Origin: Kiritimatiellia bacterium
GTDB lineage: Bacteria; Verrucomicrobiota; Kiritimatiellia; JAAZAB01
Length of the DNA: 64,000 nt
Direction: 5' to 3'
Assembly (NCBI GenBank): GCA_040767085.1
Contig: JAXGPF010000016.1
Coordinates: 1-64,000, forward strand
Numbering within the stretch: position 1 is the stretch's first letter; the number at the start of each line of letters is the position of its first letter. This document shows positions 37,865-50,198 of this stretch, in pieces. A model generated the notes under the pieces. That model had not been told where the DNA came from, ran no database searches, and was given only the letters and a program-made list of their open reading frames with translations. A program made the position numbers and the translations under genes.

Positions 37865-40387
37865 ATGAAAAAACCCATGGCCAGCCCCAAGCCCCGGCGG
37901 AGCGTTTCACCCGCGCCGGCGGTCACGGAACACCAGATTTACGAGCGGGTGCACCACCATCTCAAGTACACGCGCTGCAAAAACTGGGGGTCGGCCACCG
38001 ACTTCGACAAGTACTTGAGCCTGGCCCTGACCATCCGGGACCTGGCGGTCGAAAAAATGATCGCCACGATGGGCGCCTACCAGCATTACAACGTCAAGCG
38101 GGTGTATTATCTCTCGATGGAATTCCTCATGGGGCGGATGTTGGCCAACAACATGACCGCCCTGCTGGCCAGCGCTCCCACGCGGCGGGCGCTGGCGCGG
38201 ATGAAACTCGACCTGCCGGCGCTCTGCCGCTGCGAATCGGACGCCGGGCTGGGCAACGGCGGCCTGGGACGGCTGGCGGCCTGTTTCCTGGACTCGATGG
38301 CGACGATGGAATTGCCGGCCTACGGCTACGGCCTGCGCTACGAGCACGGCATGTTCCGCCAGGAACTGGAAGACGGCTGGCAGCGGGAACGGCCCGATGA
38401 ATGGCTGAAATACATCTACCCCTGGGAAATGGTGCGCCCGGAATACACCATCCCCGTCCTGGTTTACGGGCACATGGAGGAAGTGCGCGGACCGCAGGGC
38501 AACCTCACGCCGGTGTGGGTGGACTGGCAATTATTCGAGGGATTGCCCTACGACATCCCCATCATCGGCTACGGCGTCAATACCGTTAACTTCCTGCGCC
38601 TGTGGAGTTCCCGCGCCAACGAAGGCTTCCGCCTGGATATTTTCAACCAGGGCGATTACGTCAACGCCACGCAGCAGAAAAACTGGGCGGAAATGATAAC
38701 CAAGGTGCTCTATCCTTCCGATAACACCTCTGCCGGCAAGGAACTGCGGCTGATTCAGGAGTACTTTCTCGTCACCTGCTCCCTGCGCGACCTGATCCGA
38801 CGCTTCCAGAAAAGCAACCGCAACTGGCATGATTTCCCCAAGAAAAACGCCATCCAGCTCAACGACACCCATCCGGCCCTGGCGATAGCGGAGCTGATGC
38901 GGTTCTTCCGGGATGAAGTCAATCTGCCCTGGGACACGGCCTGGGATATCACCGTGCGGACCATGGGCTACACCAACCATACCATCCTGCCGGAGGCCCT
39001 GGAAAAATGGCCCGTCCCGCTGATGGAACGGGTGCTGCCCCGCCATCTGCATTTGATTTACCAGATTAACGCGCGCTTCCTGCAAAAAGTCGAAGCGCGT
39101 TATCCGGGCGATGACGCGCGCCTGGAGCGCCTGTCGCTGATCGAAGAAAGCACGCCGAAACAAGTCCGCATGGCCAATTTGGCCATCGCCGGCAGCCATG
39201 CCGTCAACGGCGTGTCGGAACTGCACTCCCGGTTGCTGCGCCAGCGCGTGTTCCGGGATTTCAGCGAGTTGTGGCCGAAAAAATTCCACAACAAAACCAA
39301 CGGCATCACCCCGCGCCGCTGGCTGCTGCTGTGCAATCCGGCGCTCTCCGAACTGATTTCCAGCGCCATCGGCGACGGCTGGGTCAGGGACCTGGAGCAA
39401 CTGCGGCGGCTGGAACCGCTGGCGCAGGACAAGAACTTCCGCGCGGCCTTTCAGCGCGCCAAACGCGAGAACAAGCTGCGCCTGGCCCAGTACATCCACC
39501 GTCTGACCGGCGAAAACGTCGACCCGGACTCCCTGTTCGATGTCCAGGTCAAGCGTCTGCACGAGTATAAGCGCCAATTGCTCAACCTGATGCATATCAT
39601 GGCGCTGTTCCTGCGCATCAAGTCCAACCCGAAACTGGAGGTCACGCCGCGCACATTCATCTTCGGCGCCAAGGCCGCCCCCAGTTACACCATGGCCAAG
39701 TACATCATCAAGTTGATCAACAGCCTGGGCGAGCGGATCAACAGCGACCATGACGTGCGCGACCGCCTGAAGGTGATTTTTCTGCCGGATTACGAAGTGT
39801 CCCTGGCCGAAATCATCATTCCCGCCGCCGACCTCTCCGAGCAGATTTCCACGGCCGGCATGGAAGCCTCCGGCACCGGCAACATGAAACTGGCATTGAA
39901 CGGCGCGCTGACCATCGGCACCTGGGACGGCGCCAATATTGAAATCGCCGAGGCGGTCGGGTTGGAGAACATTTTCATTTTCGGCCACCGTGCGGAGGAA
40001 ATCGCCGCCCTGCGGCCAACGTATCAGCCCCGGCAATTTTACGACGCCGACCCGGAATTGCGCGCGGTGGTGGACAGCCTGAAGGGCAACGCCTTCTGCC
40101 CCAGCCATCCCGGCCTGTTCTCCAACATTCATGCCAGCCTGCTGGACCACGGCGACTACTACTTCCACCTGGCGGATTTCCGCATGTACCTGGATTGCCA
40201 GGAGACCCAGGTCGCCCGCACTTTCCGGCAGCCGGAGGTCTGGCAGCAGAAAGCCATCTTGAATGTCGCCCGCATGGGCCGTTTTTCCAGCGACCGTACG
40301 ATCGCCGAATACGCCCGCGAGATCTGGAATATCAAGCCGCTGCCCATCCGCCTCCGGGATATCCAGTTCGCGCGGCGCGACGATTAG
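37865..40387 (+). CDS. glgP: Glycogen/alpha-glucan phosphorylase
   Basis: GLGNGGLGRLAACF, QLNDTHP, KRLHEYKRQ, EASGTGNMK and FSSDRTI motifs. Confidence 0.97.
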   Translation: MKKPMASPKPRRSVSPAPAVTEHQIYERVHHHLKYTRCKNWGSATDFDKYLSLALTIRDLAVEKMIATMGAYQHYNVKRVYYLSMEFLMGRMLANNMTALLASAPTRRALARMKLDLPALCRCESDAGLGNGGLGRLAACFLDSMATMELPAYGYGLRYEHGMFRQELEDGWQRERPDEWLKYIYPWEMVRPEYTIPVLVYGHMEEVRGPQGNLTPVWVDWQLFEGLPYDIPIIGYGVNTVNFLRLWSSRANEGFRLDIFNQGDYVNATQQKNWAEMITKVLYPSDNTSAGKELRLIQEYFLVTCSLRDLIRRFQKSNRNWHDFPKKNAIQLNDTHPALAIAELMRFFRDEVNLPWDTAWDITVRTMGYTNHTILPEALEKWPVPLMERVLPRHLHLIYQINARFLQKVEARYPGDDARLERLSLIEESTPKQVRMANLAIAGSHAVNGVSELHSRLLRQRVFRDFSELWPKKFHNKTNGITPRRWLLLCNPALSELISSAIGDGWVRDLEQLRRLEPLAQDKNFRAAFQRAKRENKLRLAQYIHRLTGENVDPDSLFDVQVKRLHEYKRQLLNLMHIMALFLRIKSNPKLEVTPRTFIFGAKAAPSYTMAKYIIKLINSLGERINSDHDVRDRLKVIFLPDYEVSLAEIIIPAADLSEQISTAGMEASGTGNMKLALNGALTIGTWDGANIEIAEAVGLENIFIFGHRAEEIAALRPTYQPRQFYDADPELRAVVDSLKGNAFCPSHPGLFSNIHASLLDHGDYYFHLADFRMYLDCQETQVARTFRQPEVWQQKAILNVARMGRFSSDRTIAEYAREIWNIKPLPIRLRDIQFARRDD

Positions 40388-40405
40388 CTTCGGGGATGAT
40401 GCCTC

Positions 40406-42439
40406 ATGACAATTCCGGCCGTGAGCGCGAACCTCCCACCGGCACAACCCGGCCCGCCGTCCGCCGGCCAGTTTCCGCAACCTGCCCGTCCGGAACCGCC
40501 CCCGCATGGCCGGGTGATTCTGATCGGCAACCCCAACGTCGGCAAAAGCGCGCTGTTTAACCAGCTCACCGGCAGCTACGTTACCGTCTCGAATTATCCC
40601 GGCACCACGGTCGAACTGGCCCGCGGCTTCATCGCCGCCCACAAACAGCAAATCGAGGTCGTTGATACGCCGGGGATGTATTCGCTGATTCCCATCAGCG
40701 AAGAGGAACGCATCGCCCGCCGCATCCTGTTCAGCGGCGACATACGCCTGCTGGTACACGTGGTGGACGCCAAAAACATCGGCCGGATGCTGGGGCTGAC
40801 CCTGCAACTGGCCGAAGCCGGCCGGCCCATGGTGCTGGTGCTGAACATGATGGATGAGGCTCGGGCCATCGGCCTGCACATTGACTGCCAGCGCCTGGCG
40901 GCGCTGCTGGGGTTGCCGGTCATTCCCGCCGTCTCGATCACCGGCGAAGGCGTCCGCGAATTGCTCGCGCACATTCAACGCCCGCCGCCGCCGCCGCCTT
41001 TGCGCATTCGCTACAATTTAAAGCTGGAACGGGCCATTACCCGCATTGCCCGGCTGCTGAGCGAGCACCCCAACATCAGCCGCCGCGTCCGCGCCCTGCT
41101 GCTGCTCCAGGGCGACACCGACGAACGCGCCGCCATGGTTAAAACGCACGACGACCAACGCGCGGCCCTGATCCTGCGCGAGATTTCACGCCTCCGCGCG
41201 GCTATGGAACATTCCCCCCATTACCAGGCCACGCTCGCCATCAAAAGCCAGACGGATCAATTGACGGCGGTCACGATGCAATTCCCCCCGCTCCGCCGCT
41301 TCCGCTGGCAGGAACGCATCAACCGCCTGTGTTCCATGCCCCTGACGGGAGTGCCGGTGCTGCTGCTGGTGCTTTATTTCGGCTTCTATCAACTGGTGGG
41401 CCGATTTGGCGCCGGCGTCCTGGTGGATTGGATTGAGACCGCGGCTTTCGAAGAGCGCATCATTCCCTGGGCCGCGGCCTTGGTCAACCAGCTCCCATGG
41501 CCGGCATTGCGCAGCCTCTTCAGCGGCGATTACGGCATCGTCAACCTCGGGTTGCGCTATGCCATTGCCATCATTCTCCCTATCGTCGGAATGTATTTTG
41601 CCGTCTTCGCCATCCTGGAGGATAGCGGCTACCTGCCCCGGCTGGCGTTGCTGACCGACCGCCTGTTTAAAAAAATCGGCCTTAACGGCCGGGCGGTGAT
41701 CCCGATTGTCCTGGGCTTCGGCTGCGACACGATGGCCACCATCGTCACCCGCACCCTGGAAACCAGGCGCGAGCGGCTGATCGCCACCCTCCTCCTGGCC
41801 CTGGCCATTCCCTGTTCCGCCCAGTTGGGCGTGATCCTCGCGCTGCTGGCGGAACATCCCCGCGGCTTGATGATCTGGGCCGGCTGGGTGGGCGGCGTCT
41901 TTCTTTTGACCGGTTACCTGGCCGCCCGCCTGCTGCCGGGCGAGCGTCCCAGTTTTTACATGGAAATGCCGCCCCTGCGGATGCCGCGGCCGGGCAACGT
42001 CCTGATCAAAACCTACAGCCGCATGGTCTGGTATTTTAAGGAAGTGCTGCCGCTGTTCATTCTGGCCAGCATCCTTCTCTGGCTGGGCGAACTCACGCAT
42101 ATCTTCCAGGCGGTGCTGGCGGCCATTACGCCGGCGATCCGCCTGCTCGACATGCCCGCCGAGGCGGCGCCGGCGTTTCTCTTCGGATTTTTCCGGCGCG
42201 ATTACGGCGCCGCCGGGCTTTACGACCTGTACGAACAGCGCCTGCTGAATGGCAACCAGGTAACCGTGGCGGCCGTGGTGATGACGCTGTTTCTGCCATG
42301 CGTGGCCCAGTTCCTGGTGATGTGCAAGGAACGCGGCACACGCTTGACAATCTTGATTTCCGCGGGCATCCTCGTGGTCGCCTATTTCTGCGGGCTCGCG
42401 CTCCATGCCTGCCTGCGCTTTTTTGAAATCACGTTATGA
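40406..42439 (+). CDS. feoB: Ferrous iron transporter B
   Basis: GNPNVGKS, NYPGTTV, DTPG, NMMD GTPase motifs; EDSGYLPR, GFGC and PC gate motifs. Confidence 0.96.
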   Translation: MTIPAVSANLPPAQPGPPSAGQFPQPARPEPPPHGRVILIGNPNVGKSALFNQLTGSYVTVSNYPGTTVELARGFIAAHKQQIEVVDTPGMYSLIPISEEERIARRILFSGDIRLLVHVVDAKNIGRMLGLTLQLAEAGRPMVLVLNMMDEARAIGLHIDCQRLAALLGLPVIPAVSITGEGVRELLAHIQRPPPPPPLRIRYNLKLERAITRIARLLSEHPNISRRVRALLLLQGDTDERAAMVKTHDDQRAALILREISRLRAAMEHSPHYQATLAIKSQTDQLTAVTMQFPPLRRFRWQERINRLCSMPLTGVPVLLLVLYFGFYQLVGRFGAGVLVDWIETAAFEERIIPWAAALVNQLPWPALRSLFSGDYGIVNLGLRYAIAIILPIVGMYFAVFAILEDSGYLPRLALLTDRLFKKIGLNGRAVIPIVLGFGCDTMATIVTRTLETRRERLIATLLLALAIPCSAQLGVILALLAEHPRGLMIWAGWVGGVFLLTGYLAARLLPGERPSFYMEMPPLRMPRPGNVLIKTYSRMVWYFKEVLPLFILASILLWLGELTHIFQAVLAAITPAIRLLDMPAEAAPAFLFGFFRRDYGAAGLYDLYEQRLLNGNQVTVAAVVMTLFLPCVAQFLVMCKERGTRLTILISAGILVVAYFCGLALHACLRFFEITL

Positions 42440-42615
42440 AATGTTCTTTCTGCGGACATGTTTTCGAGGCAACGGAATGCCGGACGGTTTGCCGCCGGTG
42501 CGCGATGCTAACCCGCTGCCGCCTGGTCAAGTGTCCGCGCTGCGGTTACGAAACTCCGCCGGAGCCACGCTGGCTCCGGCGCATACTGGAAAGGTGGCGC
42601 GGGCATGATCAATAA
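42436..42615 (+). CDS. 59-aa protein with 8 Cys (putative Zn/Fe-S binding), absent from the ORF track
   Basis: MKCSFCGHVFEATECRTVCRRCAMLTRCRLVKCPRCGYETPPEPRWLRRILERWRGHDQ; ATGA overlap with the feoB stop and 11-nt overlap with the next gene. Confidence 0.85.
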   Translation: MKCSFCGHVFEATECRTVCRRCAMLTRCRLVKCPRCGYETPPEPRWLRRILERWRGHDQ

Positions 42616-43273
42616 CCAGCCGCGGCTTGACCCGCGCATCGAGGAACTGCTGGAATACCTTTACCTCCGCGAACACGAGTGGGCCGAGGATCCGGCGGCG
42701 CCGCTTCCGGCCGACTTCGATCCCGAGCTGCTGCAGCGGGCCGGCGACCAGGGCTTTCTGGACGCGCCGGCCGCCGGCGCGCGGCTGACCGAGCGCGGCT
42801 GCGCCACCGGACGGGATGTCGTGCGCCGGCACCGCCTGGGGGAATGCCTGCTGCGGGACGTCCTGGGCGCCCGGATCGAGGATATCCATGAAGACGCCTG
42901 CCGGATTGAACACATCATCCAGCATGGGTTGGACGAAAAAACCTGCATCCTGCTCGGGCATCCCAAAATCTGCCCGCACGGCAAGCCCATCCCTCCGGGC
43001 GCCTGCTGCCGGCGGGCCCATGAGGAAGACCTGCGCGAAATCAAGCCGCTGTGCGAAGGCAAGCCTCAGGAAGCCGGCGTCGTGGCTTACCTCAGCACGC
43101 GGGAAAACCGCGAAATCCAAAAACTGATGGCCATGGGCATCCTGCCCGGCGTCCAGGTCAAACTCATCCAGCGCTACCCGTCCTACGTTTTCCAGATGGG
43201 CTACAGCCAGTTCACCATTGACCGCGACCTGGCCGAAAAAATCTACGTCCACTGGCAGATTCCCGCCGGCTGA
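42605..43273 (+). CDS. DtxR/MntR-like metal-binding protein fused to a C-terminal FeoA domain
   Basis: LT..G...RRHRL.E.LL, EDAC.IEH and CPHGKPIP motifs, then an SH3-like KLMAMGILPG FeoA segment. Confidence 0.88.
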   Translation: MINNQPRLDPRIEELLEYLYLREHEWAEDPAAPLPADFDPELLQRAGDQGFLDAPAAGARLTERGCATGRDVVRRHRLGECLLRDVLGARIEDIHEDACRIEHIIQHGLDEKTCILLGHPKICPHGKPIPPGACCRRAHEEDLREIKPLCEGKPQEAGVVAYLSTRENREIQKLMAMGILPGVQVKLIQRYPSYVFQMGYSQFTIDRDLAEKIYVHWQIPAG

Positions 43274-43333
43274 GCAGCGGCTAAGCGGCCGGGCGCGCAC
43301 CCGGCCGAAGTGCCATGAAATGCCAGGCGGTCT

Positions 43334-44293
43334 TTAATTGCACTCCGCCATCAACGAGCCGGCCAGTTCGCGCAGGTAAAACAACTTGCCCGGCAGCGTC
43401 GGCATGAAGGTGGAAGGAATCCACGGGGTCGGCGCATGGTGCAGGGAAAGGCGGAAAGACATCCCCTGCCACATCATGCCGCGCCCCAGGACGCCGTCGC
43501 AGCCGCCAATGACGTAATCCGACTGCAGGAACAGGCCCGGTCCGACGGTGTTGGCGAACGCCGGGACCAGGGTGGTGCGGCTCTTGAAACTGGTAAGGGC
43601 GTTCTGCTCCACGGTCAGCGGGTGCAGCCGCGCGCCCAGCCGGTAACACTGCTTTTTCCAGTCCGCGACGGATTTGAATTCCGCGGCAAAGTGCGGCTCC
43701 CAGAATGCGATATGGCATACCCGGCCGATGCCGAAGACCGTCACCAGCCGCGCGCCTTCTTTGCGCAGGGCGGCAATACGCGCCGGATATTCGGGCAGCA
43801 AATCAGGGGTGGCAAAACAGCGCTGCGTTTTGGGCACCGTCAAGCGGCCCAACGGGCCGTAAAATGCCGACTCCATGGCATTTTGGAAAGCGCCCGGATC
43901 GCGCGCCGGCAGAGTCTGCCCGCGGCGGTCGGACCATTCATCCATGTTAAAGCCATACACATGCCGGCAATCGACATCCCAGGCCTTCAGAAAAAACACC
44001 GCCCAGCGATACATGCCCATCGGACCGACCGGCAGGATGAACACGATTTTTCGGCCGGCATCCCGGGCGTTACAGATTTCCATGGCGATTTCATGCCCCA
44101 TCATCGTGTCAAAGTCCGCCAGCGTCTCGCAGGCGGCCGGCGTAAACTCCCGGTTCCACCACTTTTCGCGGCGGGCGATCCGGCTGGATGGCAGCGCACA
44201 AATCCGGTCAAATTCCGCCAGATTCCAGCCGCGCGGAAAAAATCCGTCCAGCAACGATCCCTTGATGGTGCCCATCAAATCAATCTTCTTCAT
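43334..44293 (-). CDS. Glucosamine-6-phosphate isomerase/deaminase (NagB)-like protein
   Basis: ILPVGP, FNMDEW and [13 protein letters not shown] motifs. Confidence 0.75.
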   Translation of the reverse strand: MKKIDLMGTIKGSLLDGFFPRGWNLAEFDRICALPSSRIARREKWWNREFTPAACETLADFDTMMGHEIAMEICNARDAGRKIVFILPVGPMGMYRWAVFFLKAWDVDCRHVYGFNMDEWSDRRGQTLPARDPGAFQNAMESAFYGPLGRLTVPKTQRCFATPDLLPEYPARIAALRKEGARLVTVFGIGRVCHIAFWEPHFAAEFKSVADWKKQCYRLGARLHPLTVEQNALTSFKSRTTLVPAFANTVGPGLFLQSDYVIGGCDGVLGRGMMWQGMSFRLSLHHAPTPWIPSTFMPTLPGKLFYLRELAGSLMAECN

Positions 44294-44550
44294 CGCATCC
44301 CCCTGTTGGCAGTCCTGGTCGCAGAGACCGTTTGGTTAATCGCCGGCGATGCTTACGCCGGCCAAGCCGCGCATAACCATTTAAAATAATGCTTCACCGG
44401 GATTTGTCAATATCAACCTTGCACCCTGTCAACCTTGTGCAGGACTGCGTCATGCCCAGCGGCCCGCTCCCGCTCCAAGCGGGACAAGCCGGCGGTTTCC
44501 CCCGTTTTGAGCGGGGTATTGCCCTACCCCATGGCAAATGCTTATGAAAT

Positions 44551-44620
44551 GGTAGGGCGGCCAGTCCCTTGGCCGCCTCGGTCTTGCCGGAACGGCGCGC
44601 AAGGGACTGCGCGCCCTACC
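44551..44620. repeat. Inverted doublet of GTAG-type REP palindromes (REPIN-like)
   Basis: GGTAGGGCGGCCAGTCCCTTGGCCGCC ... GGCGCGCAAGGGACTGCGCGCCCTACC; a single related copy lies at 17851. Confidence 0.8.
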
Positions 44621-44976
44621 TCCGGAACGGCACGCGGCCGTTCTAACGTCAGACTTCCTGATGCGGGCGGAAAATGATTTGGCACATTCTTGCGCGGTTT
44701 GCCGGACCAAACCTCCCGGAAACGGGACGAGGGTCCGCCTGACAATCCGCAGGCAGGCGTCCCGACGCACTCCAAAGCCGCTGCGCGGCAAAAGACTGTG
44801 CGCAAGCAACCAATCGCGTTGCCTGTACCAGCTTTATTGCACTGATTTGCAGATACACCCAAATCTTGCACCAAAACCAAAGACCGCTTGACAATCCGCG
44901 TGTCCGCCATACATTGGGAGTATGCCGGAATGCCTCCGGTGAACACCCGCCGCTGTCCGGCATAGGATTTACCGCA

Positions 44977-45958
44977 ATGAATGACAGCCTGCTGGACCGC
45001 CATGTCCGCCGCCAGGCATTCCTGGACCTGGGCACAAATGCCGCGCGCCTGGCGGTTTATGCGATTGCCCCCGGAGCGCCGGCGGCGCCGCTGGCCGAGC
45101 GGCGGATCGTCACCCGGCTGGGCGCAGGCGCCGCGCGCAACCGGCTGGCCGAAGCGGGCATCCGGCGCGCACTGGAGGCCGCGCGCCGGCTGGCGGCGCT
45201 TGCCCGCCGCTATCGCGCTCCGCTGACCGCGGTTGCCACCGCCGCCGTCCGCGATTGCTCCAACCGCGCGGAATTCCGCGCGCGTTTCCGCGCCGCGGCC
45301 GGCGTGCCGCTGCAGATCATCGGCAGCGGCCGCGAAGCCCGCTTGATTTACCGCGCCCTGGCGGACTCCATTCCCGCCGATCCGCCGACCTTGCTGCTGG
45401 ACATCGGCGGCGGCAGCACCGAGTTGAGCATCGGCACAAACCGCCGGATTTACGAAGTGATTTCATGGCCGCTCGGCGCCGTCCGGTTGTCGGAACAGTT
45501 TCCGCGCGCCATGGGCGCCGGGCCGGTGCCCGGCGCGGTTTATCGCCAGATGCAGCGTGAAGCCAGCCGGAGCGCCGGGGCGCGCCTGGCCGCCCTTCGC
45601 CGCCATGGCGCCATATCAGCCGTGGGGGTTGCCGGCACGGCTGGCGCCCTGGCCGCCCTGCTGGCGGCGCGGCAGGCGGTGCCGGAGGACGCGGAACCGG
45701 TAATTGCATGCCGCTGGATCAACCGCCTGGCGGAACAAATGCGCCGGCTGCCCCTGGCAGAGCGCCGCGCACTGCCCGGCATGTCCGCCGGCCGCGCGGA
45801 TATCATCCTCGCCGGCCTGGCGATCCTGTCGGTCATTCTGCAAACCTTGCGCATCCGGCGCCTGCGCCTCAGCCGCGCCAGCCTGCGCGACGGCCTGCTC
45901 CTGGAAGCCATGTCCCATCCGCCGCATCCCGCGACGCAACGCCGGGCGCAAGATGGAA

Positions 45959-45987
<29 letters not shown>
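44977..45987 (+). CDS. ppx: Ppx/GppA phosphatase family protein
   Basis: DLGTN, ATAAVR, EARL, DIGGGSTE, G.AGT, RADII..G and LRDG motifs; TTGACA-N16-TACATT upstream. Confidence 0.9.
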
Positions 45988-49296
<3,309 letters not shown>

Positions 49297-49431
49297 TCAT
49301 TTATTGCCTGCACTTGCACTGCCCTTAACCTGCGGCGACTACCCTCATATTTTTCTTGTTTTTACGGGCAGGTGCTGTAGCTTAAGGTAAAAACGGCATC
49401 CAACCCTGGATATAATACCGGAGATAACGTT

Positions 49432-50178
49432 ATGATCAAGCATTCTTGCATGGCGCTGATGGCAACGCTGCTGGCTTGCCGCGCCATCCCGGCCGCCGCG
49501 CAGAACCGGGAGTTGACCGCGGAGGGCACCGGGCACCGTTATGTGTTTTACGAGCCGGGCAAAGAGCCGGCACTGGCGACCAGGGAAGTCAATACGCTGC
49601 GCCTGGCGCTCAGTCCCCGCGCCAACCGTCTGACGGTGATGGATTACATCCTGCAGGCGCTGATTTACCAGGACAGCGACTTGCAGAAAACCAGGCACAA
49701 CGCTTTGCGCTGGTCCGGGCAGAGCGAACGCGGTTTTACCCGGTATATCCCCCGTTTCACGCTGACAGCGCGCAACAAGCCGGTGGAAATCGGCACGGTG
49801 ATGGTGGTGGAATATTACACTCAGGAATTGGCGGACAAGGATGCCATCGCCCGGGAAGCAGTGGAACATATCCCGCTGGCGCGGACACCGCCGGGACAGG
49901 CGCTGGTGTTTGACGGCATGGGGGTCAACCTGTATAAAGCCGAATTTCAAGGCAGCAACCTGGCGGGGCACACGTCCAGCAGCCAGCAGGGGAAGGAACT
50001 GATGGGCGTCATTGTCAGCCTGTTTCTCAACGGGGAATTGCTCTACCAGCAATATGCTCCGGCGGCGCTTGCCAAATTCTGCTCGAGCACCATGGCGGAA
50101 CCGGAAATACGCCGGCCGGCCGCCGGACCTGGCATTCATCAGCCTCCGCCGCGCCGCCCCTGGCGGCGCAGCCCTTGA
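49432..50178 (+). CDS. Hypothetical exported protein
   Basis: Signal peptide (…IPAAA-Q), GGAG RBS and host-like codon use; no recognised family. Confidence 0.65.
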   Translation: MIKHSCMALMATLLACRAIPAAAQNRELTAEGTGHRYVFYEPGKEPALATREVNTLRLALSPRANRLTVMDYILQALIYQDSDLQKTRHNALRWSGQSERGFTRYIPRFTLTARNKPVEIGTVMVVEYYTQELADKDAIAREAVEHIPLARTPPGQALVFDGMGVNLYKAEFQGSNLAGHTSSSQQGKELMGVIVSLFLNGELLYQQYAPAALAKFCSSTMAEPEIRRPAAGPGIHQPPPRRPWRRSP

Positions 50179-50198
50179 TCCGCGCCCGGCCGGCGTGT

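Noticed and set aside
38531-40978. 815-aa antisense ORF over glgP/feoB and many similar shadow ORFs
   Set aside because: Mirror-frame ORFs expected from high GC3 codon bias; the opposite strand holds well-recognised genes.
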